This document shows, piece after piece, positions 49,301 through 61,754 of a stretch of 64,000 nt of DNA (positions are counted from its first letter, which is position 1; the number at the start of each line of letters is the position of its first letter). Origin of the DNA: Eledone cirrhosa (Eukaryota). The notes beneath the pieces are model-generated. The model was given only the letters and a program-made list of their open reading frames with translations, was not told the origin of the DNA and ran no database searches. The DNA lies in NCBI GenBank assembly GCA_964016885.1, contig OZ024764.1:27342001-27406000 (forward strand), read 5' to 3'. Position numbers and translations under genes: made by a program.

Positions 49301-52300
49301 GATGAAACAAGTGAGGGATAAGAGAGAGATGAAACAAGTGAGGGATTAGAGTGTTGAAACAAGAGAGAGAGAGGAAGAGAGAGTGAGAGCGAGATGAAAC
49401 GAGAGAGAGACAGAGCGAGATGAAATGAGAGAGTGAGAGCGAGATGAAACGAGAGAGAGAGAGCGAGATGAAATGAGAGAGAGAGAGCGAGATGAAATGA
49501 GAGAGAGAGAGCGAGATGAAACGAGACAGAGAGAGCGGGATGAAATGAGAGAGAGCGAGATGAAATGAGACAGAGAGAGCGGGATGAAACGAGACAGAGA
49601 GAGCGAGATGAAATGAGAGAGAGAGAGAGCGAAATGAAACGAGACAGAGAGAGCGAGATGAAACGAGAGAGAGAGAGAGCTAGATGAAATGAGAGAGAGA
49701 GAGCGAGATGAAACAAGAGAGTGAGAGCTAGAGGAAACAAGAGAGAGAGGAAACGAGAGAGAGAGGAAACGAGAGAGAGAGAGGAAACGAGAGAGAGGAT
49801 ACGAGAGAGAGGAAACGAGAGTAGAGAGCGAGATGAAACAGGAGAGAGAGAGCGAGATGAAACAAGAGAGAGAGAGCGAGATGAAACGAGAGGGAGAGAG
49901 AGATGAAACGAGAGAACGAGAGAGAGATAGAGCGCAAGATGAAACGACAGAGAGAGAGACAGATGAAACGAGGGAGATAGAGATGAAACGAGAGAGAGAG
50001 ATGAAACGAGAGAGAGGAAGTGAGAGATGGAACGAGAGAGAGGAAAACAGAGATGAAACGAGAGAGAGAGAGAGAGCAAGATAAAACGAGAGAGAGGAAG
50101 AGAGAGAGTGCGAGATGAAACGAGAGAGAGAGAGAGTGAGATGAAACGAGAGAGAGGAAGAGAGAGAGCGCGAGATGAAACGAGAGAGCGCGAGATGAAA
50201 CGAGAGAGCGCGAGATGAAAGTCTGTCATGTAATGTTATGGACATATCTGCCCTAGGGGCTAATAATTGTCATGTAATGTTATGGACATCTCTGCCCCTG
50301 TGGCTAATAATTCTGTCATGTAATGTTATGGCCATCTCTGCCCCTGTGGCTAATAATTCTGTCATGTAATGTTATGGACATCTCTGCCCCTGTGGCTAAT
50401 AAATTCGTCATGTAATGTTATGGACATCTCTGCCCCTGTGGCTAATAAATTCGTCATGTAATGTTATGGACATCTCTGCCCCTGTGGCTAATAAATCTGT
50501 CATGTAATGTTATGGACATCTCTGCCCCTGTGGCGAATAATTCTGACATGTAATGTTATGGACATCTCTGCCCCTGTGGCTAATAATTCTGAGAGAGATG
50601 AAACAAGTGAGGGATAAGAGAGAGATGAAACAAGTGAGGGATTAGAGTGTTGAAACAAGAGAGAGAGAGGAAGAGAGAGTGAGAGCGAGATCAAACGAGA
50701 GAGAGAGAGAGCAAGATGAAATGAGAGAGAGAGAGCGAGATGAAATGAGAGAGAGAGAGCGAGATGAAACGAGATAGAGAGAGAGGGATGAAACGAGACA
50801 GAGAGAGCGAGATGAAATGAGAGAGAGAGAGAGCGAAATGAAACGAGACCGAGAGAGCGAGATGAAACGAGAGAGAGAGAGCGAGATGAAATGAGAGAGA
50901 GAGAGCGAGATGAAACGAGAGAGTGAGAGCTAGAGGAAACGAGAGAGAGAGGAAACGAGAGAGAGAGGAAACGAGAGAGAGGATGCGAGAGAGAGGAAAC
51001 GAGAGTAGAGAGCGAGATGAAACAGGAGAGAGAGAGCGAGATGAAACAGGAGAGAGAGAGCGAGATGAAACGAGAGGGAGAGAGAGATGAAACGAGAGAG
51101 CGAGAGAGAGATAGAGGGAGATGAAACGATAGAGAGAGAGACAGATGAAACGAGGGAGATAGAGATGAAACGAGAGAGAGAGATGAAACGAGAGAGAGGA
51201 AGAGATAGATGGAACGAGAGAGAGGAAGAGAGAGATGGAACGTGAGAGAGGAAGACAGAGATGAAACGAGAGAGAGAGAGAGAGAGATGAAACGAGAGAG
51301 AGAGGAAGATAGAGAGTGCGTGATGAAACGAGAGAGAGAGAGAGAGAGAGCGAGATGAAACAAGAGAGAGGAAGAGAGAGAGCGCGAGATGAAACGAGAG
51401 AGAGAGAGAGCGAGATGAAATGAGAGAGTGTGAGTGAGATGAAACAAGAGAGAGAGTGAGAGCGAGATGAAATGAGAGAGAGAGAGCGAGATGAAATGAG
51501 AGAGAGAGCGAGATGAAACGAGACAGAGAGAGCGGGATGAAACGAGACAGAGGAATCGAGATGAAATGAGAGACAGAGAGAGCGAGATGAAACGAGAGAG
51601 TGAGAGCGAGATGGAACGAGACAGAGAGAGCGCGATGAAACGAGAGAGAGATGGAACGAAAGTAGAGATCGAGATGAAACAGGAGAGAGAGAGCGAGATG
51701 AAACAGGAGTGAGAGAGCGAGATGAAACGAGAGGGAGGGAGAGATGAAACGAGAGAGCGAGAGAGAGATGGAGGGAGATGAAACGACAGAGAGAGAGACA
51801 GATGAAATGAGGGAGATAGAGATGAAACAAGAGAGCGAGATGAAACGAGAGAGTGAGAGCGAGATGGAACGAGACAGAGAGAGCGAGATGAAACGAGAGA
51901 GTGAGAGCTAGATGAAACGAGAGGGAGATGGAACGAGAGAGAGAGGAAGAGAGAAATGGAACGAGAGAGAGGAAGACAAAGATGAAACGAGAGAGAGAGA
52001 GAGCGAGATGAAACGAGAGAGAGGAAGAGAGAGAGCGCGAGATGAAACGAGAGAGAGAGAGAGCGAGATGAAATGAGAGAGAGGAAGAGAGAGAGGGCGA
52101 GATGAAACGAGAGAGAGCGCGAGATGAAAGTCTGTCATGTAATGTTATCGACATATCTGCCCTTGGGGCTAATAATTGTCATGTAATGTTATGGACATAT
52201 CTGCCCCTGGGGCTAATAATTGTCATGTAATGTTATGTACATCTCTGCCCCTGTGGCTAATAATTCTGAGAGAGATGAAACAAGTGAGGGATTAGAGTGT

Positions 52301-52311
52301 TGAAACAAGCG
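37330..52311 (-). repeat. Composite satellite domain D4, inverted: degenerate GA-rich edge (37330-37745) followed by 11 minisatellite clusters
   Basis: Same components and orientation as D2. Clusters start near 38666, 40109, 41387, 42991, 44149, 45994, 47140, 48220, 48973, 50223 and 52132. Confidence 0.97.
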
Positions 52312-55300
52312 AGAGATGTCCATAACATTACATGACAGAATTATTAGCCACAGGGGCAGAGATGACAATAACATTACATGACAATTATTAGCCACAGGGG
52401 CAGATATTTCAATAACATTACATGACAGAGTTTCATCTCGCGCTCTCTCTCTCTCGTTTCATCTTGCGCTCTCTCTCTCCCGTTTCATCTCGCTCTCTCT
52501 CTCGTTTCATCTCTCTCGTTCCATCTCTCTCTTCCTCTCTCTCGTTCCATCTCTCTCTTCCTCTCTCTTGTTTCATCTCTATCTCCCTTGTTTCATCTCT
52601 CTCTCGCTCTCTCGTTTCATCTCTCTCTCCCTCTCGTTTCATCTCGCTCTCTCTCTCCTGTTTCATCTCGCTCTCTCTCTCTCTCGTTTCATCTCTGTCT
52701 TCCTCTCTCTCGTTCCATCTCTCTCTTCCTCTCTCTCGTTTCATCTCTATCTCCCTCGTTTCATCTCTCTCTCGCTCTCTCGTTTCATCTCTCTCTCCCT
52801 CTCGTTTCATCTCGCTCTCTCTCTCCTGTTTCATCTCGCTCTCTCTCTCTCCTGTTTCATCTCGCTCTCTACTCTCGTTTCCACTCTCTCTCGTTTCATC
52901 TCTCTCTCCCTCCCGTTTCATCTCGCTCTCTCTCTCTCTCGTTTCATCTCGCCCTCACTCTCTCGTTTCATCTCGTTCTCTCTCTGTCTCGTTTCATCTC
53001 GCTCTCTCTCTCTCATTTCATCTCGCTCTCTCTCTCTCATTTCATCTCGCTCTCTCTCTCTCGTTTCATCTCGCTCCCACTCTCTCGTTTCATCTCGCTC
53101 TCACTCTCTCGTTTCATCTCACTCTCCCTGTCTCGTTTCATCTCGCTCACACTCTCTCATTTCATCTCGCTCTCTCTCTCTTGTTTCAACACTCTAATCC
53201 CTCACTTGTTTCATCTCTCTCAGAATTTTTAGCCACAGGGGCAGAGATGACCATAACATTACATGTCAGAATTATTAGCCACAGGGGCAGAGATGTCCAT
53301 AACATTACATGTCAGAATCATTAGCCACAGGGGCAGAGATGTCCATAACATTACATGACAGAATTATTAGCCACAGGGGCAGAGATGACCATAACATTAC
53401 ATGACAATTATTAGCCACAGGGGCAGATATGTCAATAACATTACATGACAGAGTTTCATCTCGCGCTCTCTCTCTCTCGTTTCATCTTGCGCTCTCTCTC
53501 TCTCGTTTCCTCTCGCTCTCTCTCTCTCTCGTTTCATCTCTGTCTTCCTCTCTCTCGTTCCATCTCTCTCTTCCTCTCTCTCGTTTCATCTTGCGCTCTC
53601 TCTCTCCCGTTTTATCTCGCTCTCTCTCTCTCTCTCGTTTCATCTCTGTCTTCCTCTCTCTCGTTCCATCTCTCTCTTCCTCTCTCTCTTCCTCTCTCTC
53701 GTTTCATCTCTATCTCCCTTGTTTCATCTCTCTCTCGCTCTCTCGTTTCATCTCTCTCTCCCTCTCGTTTCATCTCGCTCTCTCTCTCCTGTTTCATCTC
53801 GCTCTCTCTCTCTCTCGTTTCATCTCTGTCTTCCTCTCTCTCGTTCCATCTCTGTCTTCCTCTCTCTCGTTCCATCTCTCTCTTCCTCTCTCTCGTTTCA
53901 TCTCTATCTCCCTCGTTTCATCTCTCTCTCGCTCTCTCGTTTCATCTCTCTCTCCCTCTCGTTTCATCTCGCTCTCTCTCTCCTGTTTCATCTCGCTCTC
54001 TCTCTCTCCTGTTTCATCTCGCTCTCTACTCTCGTTTCCACTCTCTCTCGTTTCATCTCTCTCTCCCTCCCGTTTCATCTCGCTCTCCCTCTCTCGTTTC
54101 ATCTCGCTCTCACTCTCTCGTTTCATCTCGTTCTCTCTCTGTCTCGTTTCATCTCGCTCTCTCTCATTTCATCTCGCTCTCTCTCTCTCATTTCATCTCG
54201 CTCTCTCTCTCTCGTTTCATCTCGCTCACACTCTCTCATTTCATCTCGCTCTCTCTCTCTTGTTTCAACACTCTAATCCCTCACTTGTTTCATCTCTCTC
54301 AGAATTATTAGCCACAGGGCAGAGATGTCCATAACATTACATGTCAGAATCATTAGCCACATGGGGCAGAGATGTCCATAACATTACATGCCAGAATTAT
54401 TAGCCACAGGGGCAGAGATGTCCATAACATTACATGACAATTATTAGCCCCATGGGCAGATATGTCCATAACATTACATGACAGAGTTTCATCTCGCTCT
54501 CTCTCTCTCTCGTTTCATCTCTGTCTTCCTCTCTCTCGTTCCATCTCTCTCTTGCTCTCTCTCGTTCCATCTCTATCCTCCTCTCTCTCGTTTCATCTCT
54601 ATCTCCCTCCTTTCATCTGTCTCTCTCTCTGTCGTTTCATCTCGCGCTCTCTCTCTCTCGTTTCATCTCGCGCTCTCTCTCTCTCGTTTCATCTCGCGCT
54701 CTCTCTCACTCGTTTCATCTCGCTCTCTCTCTCTCTCGTTTCATCTCTGTCTTCCTCAATCTCGTTCCATCTCTCTCTTCCTCTCTCTCGTTTCATCTCT
54801 CTCTCGCTCTCTCGTTTCATCTCTCTCTCCCTCTCGTTTCATCTCGCTCTCTACTCTCGTTTCCTCTCTCTCGTTTCCTCTCTGTCTCGTTCCATCCCAC
54901 TCTCTCTCTCTCATTACATCTCGCTCACTCTGTCTCGTTTCATCTCGCTCTCTCTCTCTCTCGTTTCATCTTGCTCTCTCTCTCTCGTTTCATCTCGCTT
55001 CTCTCACTCTCGCGTTTCATCTCGCTCTCCCTGTCTCATTTCATCTCGCTCTCTCTCTTGTTTCAACACTCTAATCCTTCACTTGTTTTATCTCTCTCTA
55101 ATCCCTCACGTGTTTCATCTCTCTCAGAATTATTAGCCACAGGGGCAGAGATGTCCATAACATTACATGTCAGAATTATTAGCCACAGGGCAGAGATGTC
55201 CATAACATTACATGTCAGAATTATTAACCACAGGGGCAGAGATGTCCATAACATTACATGACAGAATTATTAGCCACAGGGGCAGAGATGACTATAACAT

Positions 55301-58300
55301 TACATGACAATTACTAGCCACAGGCGCAGATATGTCAATAACATTACATGACAGAGTTTCATCTCGCGCTCTCTCTCTCTCGTTTCATCTTGCGCTCTCT
55401 CTCTCCCGTTTCATCTCGCTCTCTCTCTCTCTCGTTTCATCTCTGTCTTCCTCTCTCTCGTTCCATCTCTCTCTTCCTCTCTCTCGTTTCATCTCTATCT
55501 CCCTTGTTTCATCTCTCTCTCGCTCGCTCGTTTCATCTCTCTCTCCCTCTCGTTTCATCTCGCTCTCTCTCTCCTGTTTCATCTCGCTCTCTCTCTCTCT
55601 CGTTTCATCTCTGTCTTCCTCTCTCTCTTCCACTCTCTCGTTTCATCTCTCTCTCCCTCGTTTCATCTCTCTCTCGCTCTCTCGTTTCATCTCTCTCTCC
55701 CTCCCGTTTCATCTCGCTCTCTCTCTCCTGTTTCATCTCGCTCTCTCTCTCTCCTGTTTCATCTCGCTCTCTACTCTCGTTTCCACTCTCTCTCGTTTCA
55801 TCTCTCTCTCCCTCCCGTTTCATCTCGCTCTCTCTCTCTCGTTTCATCTCGCTCTCACTCTCTCGTTTCATCTCGTTCTCTCTCTGTCTCGTATCATCTC
55901 GCTCTCTCTCTCTCATTTCATCTCGCTCTCTCTCTCTCATTTCATCTCGCTCTCTCTCTCTTGTTTCATCTCGCTCTCACTCTCTCGTTTCATCTCGCTC
56001 TCACTCTCTCGTTTCATCTCGCTCTCCCTGTCTCGTTTCATCTCGCTCACACTCTCTCATTTCATCTCGCTCTCTCTCTCTTGTTTCAACACTCTAATCC
56101 CTCACTTGTTTCATCTCTCTCAGAATTATTAGCCACAGGGGCAGAGATGACCATAACATTACATGACAGAATTATTAGCCACAGGGGCAGAGATGACCAT
56201 AACATTACATGACAATTATTAGCCACAGGGGCAGATATGTCAATAACATTACATGACAGAGTTTCATCTCGCGCTCTCTCTCTCTCGTTTCATCTTGCGC
56301 TCTCTCTCTCTCGTTTCCTCTCGCTCTCTCTCTCTCACGTTTCATCTCTGTCTTCCTCTCTCTCGTTCCATCTCTCTCTTCCTCTCTCTCGTTCCATCTC
56401 TCTCTTCCTCTCTCTCGTTTCATCTTTATCTCCCTCCTTTCATCTGTCTCTCTCTCTGTCGTTTCATCTCGCGCTCTCTCTCTCTCGTTTCATCTCGCGC
56501 TCTCTCTCTCTCATTTCATCTCGCTCTCTCTCTCTCTCGTTTCATCTCTGTCTTCCTCTCTCTCTCTTCCTCTCTCTCGTTCCATCTCTCTCTTCCTCTC
56601 TCTCGTTTCATCTCTATCTCCCTCGTTTCATCTCTCTCTCGCTCTCTCGTTTCATCTCTCTCTCCCTCTCGTTTCATCTCGCTCTCTCTCTTCTGTTTCA
56701 TCTCGCTCTCTACTCTCGTCTCCTCTCTCTCGTTTCCTCTCTGTCTCGTTTCATCTCGCTCTCCCTGTCTCATTTCATCTCGCTCTCTCTCTCTCTCTTC
56801 CTCTCTCTCTCTTGTTTCAACACTCTAATCCCTCACTTGTTTTATCTCTCTCTAATCCCTCACTTGTTTCATCTCTCTTAGAATTATTAGCCACAGGGAC
56901 AGAGATGTCCATAACATTACATGTCAGAATTATTAGCCACAGGGCAGAGATGTCCATAACATTACATGTCAGAATTATTAGCCACAGGGGCAGAGATGTC
57001 CATAACATTACATGACAGAATTATTAGCCACAGGGGCAGAGATGTCCATAACATTACATGAGAGAATTATTAGCCACAGGGGCAGAGATGTCCATAACAT
57101 TACATGACAATTATTAGCCCCAAGGGCAGATATGTCCATAACATTACATGACAGAGTTTCATCTCGCTCTTTCTCTCTCTCGTTTCATCTCTGTCTTCCT
57201 CTCTCTCGTTCCATCTCTCTCTTGCTCTCTCTCATTCCATCTCTATCTTCCTCTCTCTCGTTTCATCTCTATCTCCCTCCTTTCATCTGTCTCTGTCTCT
57301 GTCATTTCATCTCGCGCTCTCTCTCTCTCTCGTTTCATCTCGCGCTCTCTCTCTCTCGTATCATCTCGCGCTCTCTCTCTCTCGTTTCATCTCGCTCTCT
57401 CTCTCTCTCGTTTCATCTCTTTCTTCCTCTCTCTCGTTCCATCTCTCTCTTTCTCTCTCTCGTTTCATCTCTATCTCCCTCGTTTCATCTCTCTCTCGCT
57501 CTCTCGTTTCATCTCTCTCTCCCTCTCGTTTCATCTCGCTCTCTACTCTCGTTTCCTCTCTCTCGTTTCCTCTCTGTCTCGTTCCATCCCGCTCTCTCTA
57601 TCTCTCTCTCATTACATCTCGCTCTCTCTGTCTCGTTTCATCTCGCTCTCTCTCTCTCTCGTTTCATCTCGCTCTCACTCTCTCGTTTCATCTCGCTCTC
57701 TCGTTTCATCTCGCTCTCTCTCGTTTCATCTCTGTCTTCCTCTCTCTCGTTCCATCTCTCTCTTCCTCTCGCTCGTTCCATCTCTCTCTTCCTCTCTCTC
57801 GTTTCATCTCTATCTCCCTCCTTTCATCTGTCTCTCTCTCTGTCGTTTCATCTCGCGCTCTCTCTCTCTCGTTTCATCTCGCGCTCTCTCTCTCTCGTTT
57901 CATCTCTCTCTCTCTCTCGTTTCATCTCTGTCTTCCTCTCTCTCGTTCCATCTCTCTCTTCCTCTCTCTCGTTTCATCTCTATCTCCCTCGTTTCATCTC
58001 TCTCTCCCTCTCGTTTCATCTCGCTCTCTCTCTCCTGTTTCATCTCGCTCTCTACTCTCGTTTCCTTACTCTCGTTTCCTCTCTCTCTCGTTTCCTCTCT
58101 GTCTCGTTCCATCCCGCTCTCTCTCTCTCTCATTACATCTCGCTCTCTCTGTCTCGTTTCAACTCGCTCTCTCTCTCTCTCGTTTCATCTCGCTCTCACT
58201 CTCTCGTTTCATATCGCTTCTCTCACTCTCGCGTTTCATCTCGCTCTCCCTGTCTCATTTCATCTCGCTCTCTCTCTCTCTTCCTCTCTCTCTCTTGTTT

Positions 58301-58649
58301 CAACACTCTAATCCCTCACTTGTTTTATCTCTCTCTAATCCCCCACGTGTTTCATCTCTCTCAGAATTATTAGCCACAGGGGCAGAGATGTCCATAACAT
58401 TACATGTCAGAATTATTAGCCACAGGGCAGAGATGTCCATAACATTACATGTCAGAATTATTAACCACAGGGGCAGAGATGTCCATAACATTACATGACA
58501 GAATTATTAGCCACAGGGGCAGAGATGTCCATAACATAACATGACAGAATTATTAGCCACAGGGGCAGAGATGTCCATAACATTACATGACAGAATTATT
58601 AGCCACAGGGGCAGATATGTCCATAACATTACATGACAGAGTTTCATCT
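52312..58649 (+). repeat. Composite satellite domain D5 (forward): 7 minisatellite clusters
   Basis: Begins abruptly at GAAACAAGCG|AGAGATGTCCATAAC and ends GACAGAGTTTCATCT, fused to the Helitron flank GGTTGGAG. Confidence 0.97.
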
Positions 58650-58688
58650 GGTTGGAGTAATAACAGTCTTGTTTATGTATATACACAC

Positions 58689-58721
<33 letters not shown>

Positions 58722-59310
58722 TGTTTGTTCTTGTATTTCTATAGAAAAGGTAAAGAAAAGAAGAATGCTCTATGTATTGTACAGAGCTATTTAATTACAT
58801 AATAAACAACAGAATATAATTATTCCATGCAAATAGACTTAGAATGGAAAACATTCAGACAGAGAAGAATGGATAATGAGCGTCATAAGAGAAATTGGCC
58901 AACAATTAATATTAATGGAAATCTAGAAGAATTTCATATTAGTGATATGAATGTTTCGTGTGATCACTGTGAAGCTTTGAAATTTAGAAATGAAAATTCT
59001 AACTGTTGTAATAAAGGAAAGGTTGTGTTGCCACCATTTCAAATATACCCCGAGAGACTGAGAAATCTCTTTGAAAGAGGCCAGGAAGCAGTTGATTTCA
59101 CAGAAACGTCTGCAATTAAAACTATATTTATTTCACTTCATTTGGTGTTACCACCCGGCAGAGGCCCGTATAGCTTTCATATTCAGGGTCAAACATATCA
59201 CTACACCCCCACCTCTGTAACCTGCAGAAAATACACCACAATATGGCCAGTTATATATTATTGATGGGAACGAAGGTGTGTAGCACAGATTGGAAGTACG
59301 ACCAAATAAT

Positions 59311-59479
59311 TGTTTCTGGCACAAGGCCAGCAATTACTGGTACTTTATTCTATCGACCTCATAAGGATGAAAACAAAGTCAACCTTGGAGGGATTTGAAC
59401 CCAGAACGTAAAGGGCCATAACCCTATGCTGCAAAGCATGGTGTCTGACGCTCTACCGATACTGCCAATCCACCGCCCT
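59311..59479 (-). mobile_element. tRNA-derived SINE in Helitron copy 3 (same insertion as in copies 1 and 2)
   Basis: TSDs at 59295-59310 and 59480-59495. Excision gives in-frame ...HRLEVRPNN|ECSPQKMAMIREVLHECNPYV. Confidence 0.9.
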
Positions 59480-60780
59480 AGTACCAACAAATAATGAGTG
59501 CTCACCACAAAAAATGGCTATGATAAGAGAGGTGTTGCATGAATGTAATCCATATGTCGAATTGTACAATACAATGCATGGCATCAAACAGCAAAGTGCA
59601 AGAAGAGAAAATTGTCGTGTACAGAACTGTGAATTAAGATTTAGAAGAGGATCAGATATGAGCTGCTATAATTTACCAACTAGTAATGATAGCTGTTGTT
59701 TTGTGGGGGATTGAGGGCAGACCACCTGTACAAAGAGATATTATCATCTTTCCTAAAGACCATCCTCCTCAGAAAATATCACATAATTCATGCCACTTGG
59801 ACCTCATGACCGACCCATAATGGTGAATTTTGGTGGCATAGTGACATGGAGAGGAATGCAGGACCTGTGTTTGCAATAGACTGACAATGCAGGAGTATTA
59901 CATATACAGTATAGCATATAGAGGAGGATTTAGTGCGATATATAGGGCAGGTAAATTATTTTAGCAGTATTTAGTGGAAGCCTATATGAAAGTAGAGGGA
60001 TGCAGGCTTCAATATTTGAGGAACAATCAAGCCCAATTGTGAGTGGATGAGTATAATGGTTTAATGAATTATCTAAACAGATGATAACACTGAGCCTTAA
60101 GAAATGAAGACAAGATAAGAAACAGAGAAGACATTGACAGAATCGTGTCAGCAGAAATACCTGCATTGGAAGATGATCAAGTACTACATGAGCAGGTTTA
60201 AAAGTTTATGATCCACGGGCCATGTGGTTCTGGAAACCCTTTTCCCCCATTTATACAAAATGGATTTTTCCAAAAGAACTATCCAAAAACCTACAGAAGG
60301 GAAACATTATTGAACCTAAATGGATACCCAGAGTACAGGAGGTGCAAGACAGGAACTGCAGTGTAAATTGGATGACATTCAGTAGATAACAGGAATGTTG
60401 TGCCATTTAATGCCTTTTTGCTTAAGAAATATTGTGCACATATTAATGTTGAAGTTTGCGCTTCTGTAAAAAGTGTCAAGTACCTCTTTAAATATGTTAC
60501 ATGGGGCATGATTGTACATCTATAGAAGTAACGAATAATGCATTACCTAATGAGGCTCAGAACCAACACAACCATGATGAAATAAGAACCTATCTTTGTT
60601 GCAGGTATGTGTCTCAGCCAGAAGCAGTGTCGTGTCTGTCCGAATTTAAGCTTCATGGTACATCACATACATTATACAGCCTAGCCACACACCTGGAGAA
60701 CAAACACAGTTTACTTTCAAAGAGGCAATGCTCAGGTTGTGGTAGAAATGCAGGGACCCTTGCTGCCTGGTTCAAGCTAA

Positions 60781-61182
60781 ATGAACTTGCTTACACCTTC
60801 TGGGATGCCGCCTCACAAACTCCAATTAAAAGCAGGATCTATAATAATGCTTCTATGGAATATTTCAATCCAGAACAGATTATGTAATGGCACAAGATTA
60901 GAAGTAGTAGAACTGCATAAACATTTTATCAAAGCTTCTCATATCTATGGTCCTTTGATGGGCAGGTGTGTTTTGATCCCAAGACTGAAGTTAGCCCCCA
61001 GTGGTGCCAACATCCTTTTTACTTTGGAAAGACCCCAGTTTCCATTAAGACTGTCATATGCCATGACAATCAACAAGAACCATGGTCAAATACATGATAA
61101 AGTGGGTCTGTTCCTCCCTGAGCAAGTATTTAACCCTGGACAATTGTATGTTGCTTTTTCAAGAGTTCACAGACAGATGTAA
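60781..61182 (+). pseudogene. Pif1-family helicase C-terminal fragment (2B subdomain, motifs V-VI) of the Helitron
   Basis: PSGMPPHKLQLKAGSIIMLLWN...LCNGTRL...IPRL...QFPLRLSYAMTINKNHGQ...VGLFLPEQVFNPGQLYVAFSRV. KSQGQ is degraded to KNHGQ and there is no Walker A/B upstream. Confidence 0.93.
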
Positions 61183-61376
61183 AAATTAATCCTAGCAAAC
61201 CCCCACCACTCCTACAACTGTTAGCTGTTAGCCCACCCCCAGCACCACCCAACCTCCGTTCTAGTCCCACCGTTAGAACCAATGCTGCTTACCCTGCCTC
61301 TTTTACTAGTTCACTCCGTCGCTCGAATTTCAAAGCTGGCCCTCTACACTTGGTCGTTGCCAGCTCACCACCTGGT

Positions 61377-61514
61377 TGTGCTCTCTGTGTCCGCACTAGC
61401 CGGTACCTAAACACAATAAAATGTCACCTGTGCTACCAAAACTACCACAGGAACTCTGTCGGCATCTGCAAGGCTCAAGCCGAAAGGCTTCAATACTAGA
61501 CCTGTAATCAGGGC
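61377..61514 (+). pseudogene. Degenerate PHD-type zinc-finger remnant, probably retrotransposon-derived
   Basis: In-frame CALC-x11-CHLC-YQNY-H-RN-S-VGI...QY*TCNQG. Three single-base changes (TCT/TGT, TAG/TGG, GGC/TGC) restore the C4HC3 and WxCxxC spacing. Confidence 0.55.
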
Positions 61515-61754
61515 CACTTTACCTCCGACGACCAGCTTTCTACCGAGTGTGTGTTGATGGAGGGGACATGAGACCAGCAAAGTCCTAGGAGTAGAGACTA
61601 GTAAATAATAAACGGTCCTAGCTATGTTAAGAATATATATAAGAAAAATGTTCTATACATTTAAGAAGACAAGAGAAATAAATATTTACCTCTTTCATGT
61701 AGGTAATATAGCGGTGTTATAAAAGTATAATAACTGATGCGGGTAGTTTGTTTC

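Larger units (their letters stand above)
58648..61182 (+). mobile_element. Helitron remnant copy 3: internally deleted Rep/Pif1-helicase pseudogene
   Basis: Helitron RepHel motifs appear in order across frameshifts: CxxC..CC finger; YNLPTS; GRPPVQRDII; GKLF*QYLVEAYMKVEGCRLQYLR; DIDRIVSAEIP; MIHGPCG (~60208); GYPEYRR; DNRNVVPFNAFLLKKYCAHINVEVCASVKSVKYLFKYV; DEIRTYLCCRYVSQPEA; TLAAWFKLN; then the Pif1 C-terminus. Confidence 0.95.

Noticed and set aside
34-58500. Numerous long ORFs (up to 592 aa) rich in Ser/Leu/Phe/His, and Arg/Glu-rich ORFs on the opposite strand
   Set aside because: They are translations of the CT/GA satellite. The pyrimidine strand lacks stops in all three frames for compositional reasons, the frames overlap, and (CT)n length changes shift frame freely.
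61185-61605. Helitron 3' terminus (CTAG at ~61191 or CTAGT at ~61598)
   Set aside because: No convincing GC-rich subterminal hairpin precedes either, and no 5' TC end could be defined, so the element boundaries are left unassigned.
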